The notes under the pieces are model-generated. The model saw only the letters and a list, made by a program, of their open reading frames with translations, ran no database searches and was not told where the DNA came from. A stretch of DNA of 55,793 nt from a virus (Duplodnaviria > Caudoviricetes): positions 1 to 55,793 of the IMG/VR virus record IMGVR_UViG_3300046011_004185, one strand, 5' to 3'. Positions within the stretch are counted from its first letter, which is position 1, and each line of letters opens with the position of its first letter. Of the stretch, positions 8,025 through 17,829 are shown in pieces. Both the position numbers and the translations under genes were made by a program.

Positions 8025-8275
8025 GTCCAGCGGACTTAAAACAGATCTTTTTTCACTGTCACCACAAGGACATCAACGGGTTTTACGCCAACGATGTGGA
8101 CATCATTGAGTACGGGCAAAAGGTAGCCGCTTACGCTTTGGCGCAAAAGAAACCCATGACCGAGGATCAGGTCTTGGACTTCATGCTAAAAGTTGAACTA
8201 CCTAGTCAAGAGGATTTACTCGAGCGGGTTAAGGCCTTAGTTCGGGCGGTCGAAGAGTTTCACGGAATCAAATAA
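8021..8275 (+). CDS. Hypothetical protein
   Basis: GGAGG RBS, ATGA overlap; last gene before the convergent terminator. Confidence 0.6.
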   Translation: MSPADLKQIFFHCHHKDINGFYANDVDIIEYGQKVAAYALAQKKPMTEDQVLDFMLKVELPSQEDLLERVKALVRAVEEFHGIK

Positions 8276-8299
8276 AAAAACCCCAGGCATGACCTGGGG
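8274..8299 (-). terminator. Rho-independent terminator of the late operon
   Basis: CCCCAGG-5 nt-CCTGGGG followed by T7 on the minus strand, at the convergent junction. Confidence 0.8.
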
Positions 8300-8332
8300 T
8301 AACTACTTCCATGGCGAAAGTAGATGAGGAGA

Positions 8333-9604
8333 TTAGGGTGCGACTACATCGCCCATCTGACCAAGCGGGCGGGTGCGTCCAATATCAACGGCTGAACTCA
8401 TTGCCGGCCCAGCTATGGCAAGCGGGATGGCTATGGGTGCGGTGGCGGGGAACATAGAGCCGAAGGCACCAAGAGCCCCTAATGCGGTTGGAATGGCCTT
8501 GCCGTAGTCTATGTTCTCTTGGCCTACCTGAGAGCTTAGAGCGCCCAGCTCGCTACCGGTCTGATAAAGAGCCAGGGGAGGTGCGCCATAACGCATCGCA
8601 GCCCGACCAAATCCACCCAGCTTAGACTCTGGCCCCATCATGTTTCTAAAGAGGTTAGAGACCTCCTCTAGGGCTCCCCGGGACGGGGTTGGAGGTGGGG
8701 CAGATGGTACGGCCGACCTGGGGAAAAGAACCCCCGATGGGGAGGCTGTCATCCCTGGAGCCTGGGCTAATACATTCGGAGCGCCCTGAGACACGACACC
8801 AGCCCTTTGGAGGGCTCCAATGTTCTCTGCGGCCTCCTTGGCTCTGGCGGCCTGCTGAGCGGTCTCAATGTTAAATCCGCCCATCCGAGCCCGGCCACTT
8901 GCCCCGCTTGTCGGGTCTGTTGTTCCCTGAAGGATGCGGGTCTGCATTGCATCATCTACGGGGGGAGGCTGCGGAATGCGGCTGGCGACTTCTTCAGCAA
9001 TCGATCCAGCCACCTTACGGCCACCAGCTCGAGCGAGATCAGTTATCGCTCTCCGAGCTGACACGCCGGCGCCCAATGCGGCCCCACCCATTTCGCCTAG
9101 TGTCCTAGCCTTTTCCTCTGAAATCTCATCAGGGGTGGGTTGGGCAGGGGCAGCCTCTGGGGTCTCGGCTTTAACAACTTGGAAGGCGCCATACCCTTTT
9201 AAATCACCGAGATAGTTCACCGTTGAGTCGGGCAGCTTGTCGCCCTTCGGTGTAAAGAACGGATGGTTCACACCGGCGTTATATCCAGCAGCAGCGAGTC
9301 TCGGGTCGCCCTGGCTTAGCTCATAAGATTTTTTCAGGTAAGCAAGACCGGCATCAATGTTCTTGGCCGGGTCCTTGATGTCATCCAGCGTAAAACCCAT
9401 TTCCCGAGCGGTGGCGGGCTTGATCTGCATGATCCCGATTTCACCTGCCCCACCGGTACCCACGGCCGGGTTTAAGCGGCTTTCCTGATAGGCCACGGCA
9501 ACTGCAAGCTCAGGGGGTAGACCCATCTCCCGTGCTCGGGTAGCAATCCGATCGGCGTAGGCCTTTTGAACCGGAGACAAACTTTCGTAAAAAGAAAGAT
9601 TCAT
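8333..9604 (-). CDS. Virion ejection protein with an N-terminal lytic transglycosylase (SLT) domain
   Basis: QESRLNP...GEIGIMQIKP.TA...DPAKNIDAG..YL...AGYNAG; Ala/Gly-rich hydrophobic C-terminus. Confidence 0.85.
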   Translation of the reverse strand: MNLSFYESLSPVQKAYADRIATRAREMGLPPELAVAVAYQESRLNPAVGTGGAGEIGIMQIKPATAREMGFTLDDIKDPAKNIDAGLAYLKKSYELSQGDPRLAAAGYNAGVNHPFFTPKGDKLPDSTVNYLGDLKGYGAFQVVKAETPEAAPAQPTPDEISEEKARTLGEMGGAALGAGVSARRAITDLARAGGRKVAGSIAEEVASRIPQPPPVDDAMQTRILQGTTDPTSGASGRARMGGFNIETAQQAARAKEAAENIGALQRAGVVSQGAPNVLAQAPGMTASPSGVLFPRSAVPSAPPPTPSRGALEEVSNLFRNMMGPESKLGGFGRAAMRYGAPPLALYQTGSELGALSSQVGQENIDYGKAIPTALGALGAFGSMFPATAPIAIPLAIAGPAMSSAVDIGRTRPLGQMGDVVAP

Positions 9605-9606
9605 GC

Positions 9607-11259
9607 TTACCTCACACTACTTGGGAGCCGATTGGCTGCGCCTTGATTATCTCTTCCCGGGGGTGCTGGCATCCGGTTCGTCTGAGATATCGGGGCGCTC
9701 GCCAGGCGATCGGTAAAGATCTGAGAGATCTGGTTGTGGTAGGTGTTGGTTAAGTTGTTCCACTGATCGGAACCCACCAGGTCATCGATCGATCCCTTGT
9801 GCTGGCGCACTAGCTGAGCCCGCTGGCGGTCAAGCTCAGCGCGAGCTTTGATCATGTCTAGCTTGGCAAGGATAACGGCTGGGTTGTCGCTTCGGGCGAT
9901 AGACGCCTGAGCAAATAAATCCCGTTCAAAGTTAGACACTGACCCCTGACCCTGTCCTAGTCGTGCGGTCTCAAGCTGAACCTGAGCCATCAGGGAGTAG
10001 GCCATCTGAGCCTGATTGATCAATGTTTGAGGTATGCCAGCGTTTGTCAAAGCCTCCCGAAGGTTGGACAGGCTAATTTGGAAGCTGCGGGTTCCGATTC
10101 CACCCTCGGTAAGTTTCAAAAATGCCGACATCACATCGGGGCGCTCAAACACACCAAAGATTTGCTTAGCGTTTTCGCTTGAAGCAATTGGGTAAAGCAT
10201 GTTGACCGGAGCCAAGCGGCTTGTCACCGACTTTCCGGCGTCGATGTATTCGCTCTTCTCGCCAATCTTGCGTTTTGCCTCAAGGGCAGCAGTTTCCTTA
10301 GCCTCGGCCGACATCGCCTCAACATCTTGCACCGACAGAAGGCGGTTAGACGGCGGCTGGCCGGGCGCTGCTCCCGGTGCTGCAGGTGCTGTTCCAGGCG
10401 CTGCTCCAGGCGCAGGTGCTTCAGCAGGCTTTGCTGGCTCACCGGCTCGGGCAGGCGGTTTAGGCCCTTCAACAACTCTGCTTGCAATTTCGTAGTAGCG
10501 GGGATCACCGTTTGAGGCATAGAGATCCAGCAGGGCTGCAGTCCGGCTGTCCACCTTGTACTCACCCGGATATCCATAGATTTGACGGGTGACCAGATCG
10601 CCCTTCGGGAACGGGTAGAACATTCCTGATGCAAGATCCTGAACACCGCTTTCCCGAACCTGATAACGATCTTGTTCGAGTTTTGAGGCGTCCTTCATTG
10701 CAGAAATCGGAGACACCGATGGGTCCATCCGAGCCATCTGCAGATACTGACGGGCGGTCATAAAGTTAGGATTAGGTGGGGCGACAGGGATGCCCTCAAC
10801 GGTCTCAAATCCTTTAGGTGCCTGGCCAGGTAATGCTCCGCCTGTCGGACGACCAGACGGTAATGCCCCGCCCGTTGTCGTGGTAGTTGGCAGGCCACCT
10901 TGTGGCTCACCGAGAAGACGGCCAAATTCACGCTCCCGCTGTCGCATCCGCTCAAGCTCTAACCCTTTTCCTGCTAGGCCGAGCTGAGCCTGAGCAATAT
11001 CCCGCTCTTCTTTTTCTTCCTGCATTTGTGCTTCGCGCAGGTTTTTAGCGGCCAATCCAAGAGACTCCCCAAAGCCGCCTGTCTGCGTTGGGGCTAAAAA
11101 TCCCTGAGCTAGGGCTAGGGCCGTTGGATCAATAAATCGACTGCGCCTTGCCTCCAAAGCGTTCTGCATCCGCTGCAGAGCCTCTTGGTAGGCCATATTG
11201 GCCTCCACGGCCTCGGGATCGCTCCCTGGTAGGTATCCGACCGTTGTCTTCTCAGCCAT
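9607..11259 (-). CDS. Putative DNA ejection/internal virion protein
   Basis: LAQGFLAPTQTGGFGESLG followed by coiled coil, Pro/Ala linker and GSVSNFERDLF; position in the ejection cluster. Confidence 0.6.
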   Translation of the reverse strand: MAEKTTVGYLPGSDPEAVEANMAYQEALQRMQNALEARRSRFIDPTALALAQGFLAPTQTGGFGESLGLAAKNLREAQMQEEKEERDIAQAQLGLAGKGLELERMRQREREFGRLLGEPQGGLPTTTTTGGALPSGRPTGGALPGQAPKGFETVEGIPVAPPNPNFMTARQYLQMARMDPSVSPISAMKDASKLEQDRYQVRESGVQDLASGMFYPFPKGDLVTRQIYGYPGEYKVDSRTAALLDLYASNGDPRYYEIASRVVEGPKPPARAGEPAKPAEAPAPGAAPGTAPAAPGAAPGQPPSNRLLSVQDVEAMSAEAKETAALEAKRKIGEKSEYIDAGKSVTSRLAPVNMLYPIASSENAKQIFGVFERPDVMSAFLKLTEGGIGTRSFQISLSNLREALTNAGIPQTLINQAQMAYSLMAQVQLETARLGQGQGSVSNFERDLFAQASIARSDNPAVILAKLDMIKARAELDRQRAQLVRQHKGSIDDLVGSDQWNNLTNTYHNQISQIFTDRLASAPISQTNRMPAPPGRDNQGAANRLPSSVR

Positions 11260-11261
11260 GG

Positions 11262-12305
11262 TCAGCCTCTCATATGGTCAATTGACATGAGACCACCTTG
11301 AGCTGCTCCTGCGCTGTACTCGCTTGGGTTTACAACATTTCCAGTAGAGGTTTGATAACTCCCTCCGCCTAAGTCTGTGATACCAGGAACACTGAGATCC
11401 CCTCCTCCAATTTTCGGAAAGTCAATTCCTTTAAGAAACTCAAAACCTTTTGTTAAAAGGCTTTGGCCTTCTTTTTGGTCTGGACGGACACCGCCGAGAA
11501 CCGATAGCACCCCGAGGATGTTCGATAGCGGCGAGGTTTGGTACAACCCAGCCTTGGGTCCGACGAAGGTTGAGGTCTGAGTTGTCGGGATCTGAAAGCC
11601 CCGCATCAGGGCAGCTGCCGTTGTGGCCTGCTTTAAGGGATAGTCTAGTCTTGCTTGCTCGTAGGCCTGACGCTCTGCTCCGCCCTTAGTTAAGGCGCCG
11701 GCTCCGGTAAGGCCAAGTTCCTGCTCCCCACGGGCTATTGCCGCCTGCTGGGCTGCCGCACGGTTTTGCAGGTCTAGCTCATCCATCGCGGTCTTCACGG
11801 CGTTTTGGTACCCCTGAGATAGTGCGCCGTACTGCTGACCTAAAAGGTTCCTCTGCATGTTCGCTAAGGCCTGCCCGGTAGCCGAGGCGTATCGCTGACT
11901 GCCTATGCCGCCCTGTCCAACAAAGGCACCCCGAAGGCTTGGCATGATCGACTGCTGGAGGTTTTGCTGTTGCAGGCGAGCCATCTCATCGACCACCTGC
12001 TTTTGGTATGGGTCCATCAAGGCCGCAATCCGTGAGGGCGTCAAACCCGCTGCGGCTGTTGCGGCTGTCTTACCGGCGGCTGTCAGACCAGGTTGATAGG
12101 CTGTAGCCGCACCAGGAATCATCCCGTAGCCCTGAGTCTGTAGGGGGTCATAACCGGCTATGCCTGCAGAGGCGGGCTGACCCATGGCCGTCTTTGCGGC
12201 TTGGGATAGGCCTGTCAGATAGTCGGTGTAATAGGCTGGTGCTACATCTGCCTTAGTTTCGACCTGCTTAATATCCGGTAACGGAGCGCCTTGGGTGATT
12301 GCCAT
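11262..12305 (-). CDS. Putative DNA transfer/ejection protein
   Basis: Gln/Ala/Gly-rich; MDPYQKQVVD and GQGGIGSQR motifs typical of podovirus pilot proteins. Confidence 0.6.
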   Translation of the reverse strand: MAITQGAPLPDIKQVETKADVAPAYYTDYLTGLSQAAKTAMGQPASAGIAGYDPLQTQGYGMIPGAATAYQPGLTAAGKTAATAAAGLTPSRIAALMDPYQKQVVDEMARLQQQNLQQSIMPSLRGAFVGQGGIGSQRYASATGQALANMQRNLLGQQYGALSQGYQNAVKTAMDELDLQNRAAAQQAAIARGEQELGLTGAGALTKGGAERQAYEQARLDYPLKQATTAAALMRGFQIPTTQTSTFVGPKAGLYQTSPLSNILGVLSVLGGVRPDQKEGQSLLTKGFEFLKGIDFPKIGGGDLSVPGITDLGGGSYQTSTGNVVNPSEYSAGAAQGGLMSIDHMRG

Positions 12306-12307
12306 TC

Positions 12308-15300
12308 TTATCTCCTAGCCTTCTTTAGGTAATCCAAAGGACTCTTTTTTGCCGGGGGCGGTAGATCCTTGGGTTTTGCTGACCGATGGTGAGCTCTGAT
12401 TGAGTGCATCATTTCGTAAAGTTTGTCCGATCCGGCCTTCGTTGACCCGTTACCTAGGGCTGCGACCACATCGGCTGGGAAGACAAACTCCCCGTCCGCA
12501 AGCATGGCTGGGATGTCGTCTGACTGCCCATCTCCAGGCCCGGAAACCGCTGCGCCCTGACGGAAGTCTACCCTTGCTTTACCTGAGTGCGCCACCACGG
12601 GTAGTCCGCCGCCGGCGTAACTCGAAAGGCCTCCCCGAGCCATCAATGGAGTGGCTAGCCCCCCTTGGGCAGCGGCCATCAGCGAGCCCTCTTCGTCTGC
12701 GGGAATCATCTCCCGAAACGACTTTGGCACTGGATTGAATACCTCATTGATGTCCACGGGAACACCGTAGGTAAAGTAGTTATTCATTGCAGCTTCCTCT
12801 TGCGCTTGCGCTTGTTTTATTGGTTCGTACTGTTGCTCAAGTAACTGATCGGACTCAACCTTTGCCAAGAACGGATCAAGAGAACCTTTAAATGCCTCTT
12901 GTCTCATCCGGCTTGATATAAACGGGTCCTTAAAGGTCAAGTCATCGTCGGACACGATTTGTTCTTCAAACGGAAACATAAATGGCTGCCCTGGCTGGCG
13001 CTGTGCCAACTGTGGAGCAGTCAACCGTGTTGAGGTTTGTGAGGTTCCCGATGACGCAACTGGCGGCGCATCGATGATCGGCGGCGTCCAATCGGGCGGA
13101 ACCGTAGTAACAGTTTCCTCAACTACCTTCTTAGTGTTGCCATCAACAACCGTGGTGACCTGAACATTACTTACCGGATCGGTTTGAACCGTTGTCTGAG
13201 TGTTTGTCTTGGTATCGGTTGTAGTCTGAGTCGTAACATTAGTATCTTTATTAACAGCAACTTCAGTAGTAGTGTTAGGCTCAACGGTTGTTTGCGTGAC
13301 CGTGTTGGTATTGGCATCATTGGTTGTCGTAACCTTGGTATTAGTTGCAAGGTTTTCTTCCGTCCGAGTAGCAGTGTTAGCCTTTGGATCAGTTACCGTG
13401 GTGGTCTGAGTATCGGTGCCAACGGTTTTTTCTGTAGTGACATCGGTTTTGGTGTTGGTCTCTGTTGTCTTTGTTATGCCCGTATCTTTGTTGGTGGTAG
13501 TGGTTACAGCCACATCCCCCTGATGAACGGTCTTTGAAACATCAGAGTCATTAGCAGCGGCTGAGGTTGTTGCGCCCTTTATGGTTGTTAAATCACCTAC
13601 TGTAAGCACACCACCCTTGGCGTTTGTTCCAATAACAATGTCCGGGGCCAAGAAGGTTTCGTTGCCTTTTTTGGTTACCGACGAGCCAATCACATCACCA
13701 ATCGTTATGGCGTTACCCTTGTCATCAACACCGACCGCCTGATTTAAGTCTTTAATTGCAAATGCAGACTGAGGATCTGACTTCTCAACGCTATTAATTA
13801 ACTGCTCGGCCACCACGGTGTTGGCAATGTTGTTTGCCTGCTCTTGATTAATCCCTGACTTAACCAAATCGGCGCTAATTTTGTTGCCAGCATCAGCAAG
13901 GTCTTGGTTCTTTTCAAGGGTCGTTGTGATGATCTGATCGACCGTTGACTTCTGAGCACTTGGAATAGCCGCAGAGGAAATAATCTCATTGGTTGCGGCC
14001 CGGTCGGCAAACACATCTACCGTGGCCGTAAATGCACCGACGGTCTTACCAGCGGTCACCGAGGCGATCGTTGCCTGGGTTAGGGCTTTATTTGGATCAA
14101 ATGTGCCTGTAGCAAAATAATCAGCCGCAATTGAGGCTATCGCCTCTTCTGGATATTCAGTGACCGCCTCCCGGCCTGCCGCTGTAACCGACCGCTTTAC
14201 CGTGCTGCCAATTGCATCTCCAACAGCATCTCCAGCGGCTCTCTTAATGAACGGAAGCTCTGCCACGGGGCCAAGCACCGCTGCCACCGTTCCGGCTGCT
14301 AAAGCTGACTTCTGACCAGCTGCATGAGCCTCTTCCGGTGACATACCGGATTTTTGAGCCATGGCCACTGTTTCGTTGTAGTTTGCACCAGCTGCTTCAG
14401 CGGCATTCATGCCGGCGCTAACGGTAAGACCAGCAATTTTACCAATCCACTTGGCAGCACCAACACCTGTAAGCAGCGGGGCAATCTCTTGAACGCCCTC
14501 GTTAAAGGGTAAGGTAAAGATTGTGACGGGGTTATCCCACATCGCTTTAAATAGCTCTTTACCTTTTTCTACTGCACCCTCTGCTCTACTTACCCGATCA
14601 AAAACATTCTTTTCTGCCTGGGCAATATCTTTACCGACCGCAAATTCGCTCGACTTTTTAAGCTGGTTTGCAGCTTGCATCAAGGCGCTGTCTTTATCGA
14701 TGACATTCATTGCCATCAGACTGCCTGCCATGCTCTCTGCAAGCTCACCAGTTGCTCGAGTTGTTAGACCAAAAATTCGAACTAAGGGGGTAATTAAATC
14801 CTTACTGATCTTGTCGCCAACGACAATCTTTTGACCGTCCTCAGTTGTAGCATTTAGGAAACTATCAAAAGTGCCCAAGGATGACAGAGCATCACCAACT
14901 GCTGTTTGATCATATCCAGCGTAGGTTCCCTTACCATTTGCCACGCCCATCTGAGCTGCACGGATCTGATCCGAGGCGGCAGCCAGCGATGGGTTCTCTT
15001 CTCGGGTGTCAGTGCTGTACTGCTTACCGTTCCAGGTAAAGATTTGGCCTGGGCCAAGCTGATTCCTGGCTGTCTGATAGGCATTGGCAAAAGTATCCTG
15101 CGCGGCAACATTTTGCTCTGTAACCTGTTTAGCGATATCGGCAGCCGTAGCTGACACTTGATAGGTTTCGCCGCCAAAGTTAAAGGCTGTGTACCCTCGA
15201 GCTGCGGCCAAGGCGGCAGCCTCTTGGGGTGTGTCTGCCTCAGTATTAGAGATTTTTAAGGTATTACGCTCAATGGTTCGAGCTGCTGCATCATCAAATC

Positions 15301-17554
15301 CAGCAAACTCTTCAAGATCTACCTTCTCTATACTTTTCTCAATCTCGGTTTTTAAACTATCAGCTGTTTTGACAGTTGTATCCGATACTGGAATGAATGC
15401 CTGCTGAACCTGACTGATTGCCTCAGCAGCGTCATTGGCCTCCTCTTCTGAAGCACCATTGGCTAGCGCTGCGCTTACAATTTTGTCTTTTGCTGTGTCA
15501 GCACCACCTGTTACATCTCGATTTACAACCTCTACAATTTTTGTAGTGACATCTGGATTCGTAACATTATTGGCAGCCTGTAAGGTTCGATCCAAACCTT
15601 TTACGGCGCTTACCGCTGCGCCGATATTTCCAGTTGATATTGCCTGAACTACACGGGCTGCAGCAGCAGCTGTCTGAAGGTCGCTACTATTTGATAACTG
15701 ACCACCTATTTGAGCCGCTGAAACCCAATCTTCTTTTGATATAGCGTTTGCTAAATTGGCCGCTTTTGTAACATCTGAAAAGGTAATGTTTCCTGCGACA
15801 TTAATGTTTCCAACACTGCTCGCTATGGTTGGATTATTTGAAAGCGCTGTTACAACCCCTAATGGATTGTTGTTTTGTATTGCACTGGCCACATTGGCAG
15901 CCGTGGCCACATTTGTGTACCCGCCCATACTGGCAACTGACGCTATTGCTCCAAGGTAATTACCCTGACTGATTGCAAAAGCTGCATTGGCTGCCACCGC
16001 AAACGGTTGTACACCAGGGACAAATGACGCAACGGTTAGGGCTTGAGAGATAAGCTGGCCCTGACCTGTATCTTGACCATAGGTCGTAAACTGCAGCTTT
16101 CCAGTGGTTGGGTTAACAATCATGTTGTAACCCGTCATGCCTGGACCGCTATAGGTCTTGCCAATCTGAATGCTATAAGGGTCGGTTGCCGAGGTGTACC
16201 CCAAGGTTTGGGTCGGGGTCTTAACTACCTTTCCAACCGATATATCGGGCAAAAAATACTGGGTGTAAAAATTTCCCTCTTCATCTCGGACCTGCCTGCT
16301 TTGAACTCTTGCCAGCTCAGCCGGGGTTAGCTCTCGATTAATACCCGCGCTGCCTGCGCTTTCATCAAGGGCGATGTAAGGATTAAAAGCTGACACCATG
16401 TATTTTGGCGTCGTTGATCCTTCCTCAAACCTCTGCGAAACCTGGCCCTCACGGAGCATGTCCTCGAGTTTTATTTGGCTAAGATCGGTTACGCCTCTGC
16501 CAATTAGCTCCTTGGCCATATCCAAGACGACCTGCTCACCAGCGCTTGGATCTCGCCCTAGAATTTGTTTGGCTTGGTCATAGGTAAAGCCTACAGACTC
16601 ACCTCGAGTTCCAAATATGCCGCCGCTGAGCTGCCCAAGGTTAGGGATAATTTGAGATGCTAGATTTAAGACTGTTCGCGTGTCGTAGCTTTGACCATCG
16701 CGCTCGATTGTTGCAGGCCTATTTAAATCAGTTAAAAGTTGTTGTGCGGCTGTAACATTTTGAGCATATTTTGGGTCATTAAAACGAGATGCCTGCTCAT
16801 AGAAAGACTTTGGAAAATCCTTTGGATCAAGTTTTCCTGAGGCAATCTGTTCTACATAAGCCTGCTTACCAGGTGCGTTTGGATCTGTTACACCGATACT
16901 TTCGTAAACGGTGTCAACAATTTTTTGTGCCTGATCTTTTGTTGGCGCAAGTAGCTTTAACTGCTCTTCAGCTTTAAGAACATTTTCCTTATAAAGCGGA
17001 TCGGTTACCCCGACAGCGGCTTTTAAAAATGTCTTTTGAAAGTCTTCTGGTTTGACTGCGCCAGACTGAAGCTGTTGTTGCCAAAAGTCTTTGCCTGGAG
17101 CATCGGCAGCTGTGACACCTACGCTTTGGTAGGCCTGGTCAATAATTTTCTGACGGTTTAAATTTTCAATCTGTTGCTGAGCCAGCCGAACATTTTCAGC
17201 GTATTTTGGGTCAGTTACCCCAGAAGCTGCTTGTAAGAATGTCTTTTGGAAATCCTCAGGTTTTATTGCACCAGTTTGGAGCTGCTGCTCCCAGTGGGCG
17301 CGACCAGGGGCGTCAGGGCTAGTGATCCCAATATCTTTATAGGCTTGATTAATTAGGTTGTAATTTTCAAGTCCTGAGTAAGCGGGCGTAATGTTTGCTG
17401 TTTGAAAAAACGACGATTGCTGGGCAGGCGTGTATCCAGTAGCCGCAGCAATATCGGATGCGGAAAGCCCAAACTTTGCAGCTGCATCAGCGATCGCCTT
17501 TGGGTTATCAACATTTGCGGCAACAAAGCTGCTTATGTCTTGTGGGCTAATCAT
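12308..17554 (-). CDS. Large multidomain putative internal virion/ejection protein (1748 aa)
   Basis: N-terminal tandem helical repeats, hydrophobic Ala/Gly segments, Thr-rich repeats, C-terminal GPGDGQSDDIPAMLADGEFVFPADVV domain. Confidence 0.6.
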   Translation of the reverse strand: MISPQDISSFVAANVDNPKAIADAAAKFGLSASDIAAATGYTPAQQSSFFQTANITPAYSGLENYNLINQAYKDIGITSPDAPGRAHWEQQLQTGAIKPEDFQKTFLQAASGVTDPKYAENVRLAQQQIENLNRQKIIDQAYQSVGVTAADAPGKDFWQQQLQSGAVKPEDFQKTFLKAAVGVTDPLYKENVLKAEEQLKLLAPTKDQAQKIVDTVYESIGVTDPNAPGKQAYVEQIASGKLDPKDFPKSFYEQASRFNDPKYAQNVTAAQQLLTDLNRPATIERDGQSYDTRTVLNLASQIIPNLGQLSGGIFGTRGESVGFTYDQAKQILGRDPSAGEQVVLDMAKELIGRGVTDLSQIKLEDMLREGQVSQRFEEGSTTPKYMVSAFNPYIALDESAGSAGINRELTPAELARVQSRQVRDEEGNFYTQYFLPDISVGKVVKTPTQTLGYTSATDPYSIQIGKTYSGPGMTGYNMIVNPTTGKLQFTTYGQDTGQGQLISQALTVASFVPGVQPFAVAANAAFAISQGNYLGAIASVASMGGYTNVATAANVASAIQNNNPLGVVTALSNNPTIASSVGNINVAGNITFSDVTKAANLANAISKEDWVSAAQIGGQLSNSSDLQTAAAAARVVQAISTGNIGAAVSAVKGLDRTLQAANNVTNPDVTTKIVEVVNRDVTGGADTAKDKIVSAALANGASEEEANDAAEAISQVQQAFIPVSDTTVKTADSLKTEIEKSIEKVDLEEFAGFDDAAARTIERNTLKISNTEADTPQEAAALAAARGYTAFNFGGETYQVSATAADIAKQVTEQNVAAQDTFANAYQTARNQLGPGQIFTWNGKQYSTDTREENPSLAAASDQIRAAQMGVANGKGTYAGYDQTAVGDALSSLGTFDSFLNATTEDGQKIVVGDKISKDLITPLVRIFGLTTRATGELAESMAGSLMAMNVIDKDSALMQAANQLKKSSEFAVGKDIAQAEKNVFDRVSRAEGAVEKGKELFKAMWDNPVTIFTLPFNEGVQEIAPLLTGVGAAKWIGKIAGLTVSAGMNAAEAAGANYNETVAMAQKSGMSPEEAHAAGQKSALAAGTVAAVLGPVAELPFIKRAAGDAVGDAIGSTVKRSVTAAGREAVTEYPEEAIASIAADYFATGTFDPNKALTQATIASVTAGKTVGAFTATVDVFADRAATNEIISSAAIPSAQKSTVDQIITTTLEKNQDLADAGNKISADLVKSGINQEQANNIANTVVAEQLINSVEKSDPQSAFAIKDLNQAVGVDDKGNAITIGDVIGSSVTKKGNETFLAPDIVIGTNAKGGVLTVGDLTTIKGATTSAAANDSDVSKTVHQGDVAVTTTTNKDTGITKTTETNTKTDVTTEKTVGTDTQTTTVTDPKANTATRTEENLATNTKVTTTNDANTNTVTQTTVEPNTTTEVAVNKDTNVTTQTTTDTKTNTQTTVQTDPVSNVQVTTVVDGNTKKVVEETVTTVPPDWTPPIIDAPPVASSGTSQTSTRLTAPQLAQRQPGQPFMFPFEEQIVSDDDLTFKDPFISSRMRQEAFKGSLDPFLAKVESDQLLEQQYEPIKQAQAQEEAAMNNYFTYGVPVDINEVFNPVPKSFREMIPADEEGSLMAAAQGGLATPLMARGGLSSYAGGGLPVVAHSGKARVDFRQGAAVSGPGDGQSDDIPAMLADGEFVFPADVVAALGNGSTKAGSDKLYEMMHSIRAHHRSAKPKDLPPPAKKSPLDYLKKARR
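16735..17356 (-). repeat. Three tandem repeats of about 70 aa (DUF4214-like)
   Basis: QAYKDIGITSPDAPGRAHWEQQLQTGAIKPEDFQKTF / QAYQSVGVTAADAPGKDFWQQQLQSGAVKPEDFQKTF / TVYESIGVTDPNAPGKQAYVEQIASGKLDPKDFPKSF. Confidence 0.8.
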
Positions 17555-17556
17555 TT

Positions 17557-17829
17557 TTAAGCAACCCTCGGATTAATTGATGCCAATAACGCTGCCGCCC
17601 AGTCATACCAATTCTCATAATTTTCAGTCGATGGAATGGCCTCATTGGTGAAAATATCAATTGCCTTAAGTCCATCGCCCCACAGCTTCCAGTCTGTCAG
17701 TGGGCCAGGGATCTCAAGCTGCTGAGCTGCGTACTGTTCGCACATCAGTGCTGCCCAAGACTCAAAGGTATGAAACCGTGGGTCATAGACCAGCGGCTGG
17801 CCACCAGCAGGAGTAAGCGGAGTTGTCAT
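17557..17829 (-). CDS. Small conserved virion-region protein
   Basis: Trp-rich; located between the nozzle and ejection genes. Confidence 0.65.
   Translation of the reverse strand: MTTPLTPAGGQPLVYDPRFHTFESWAALMCEQYAAQQLEIPGPLTDWKLWGDGLKAIDIFTNEAIPSTENYENWYDWAAALLASINPRVA

Noticed and set aside
12308-17554. Tape measure protein of a long tail
   Set aside because: No tail tube, sheath or tail chaperone genes were recognised; the neighbours are nozzle and ejection-type genes
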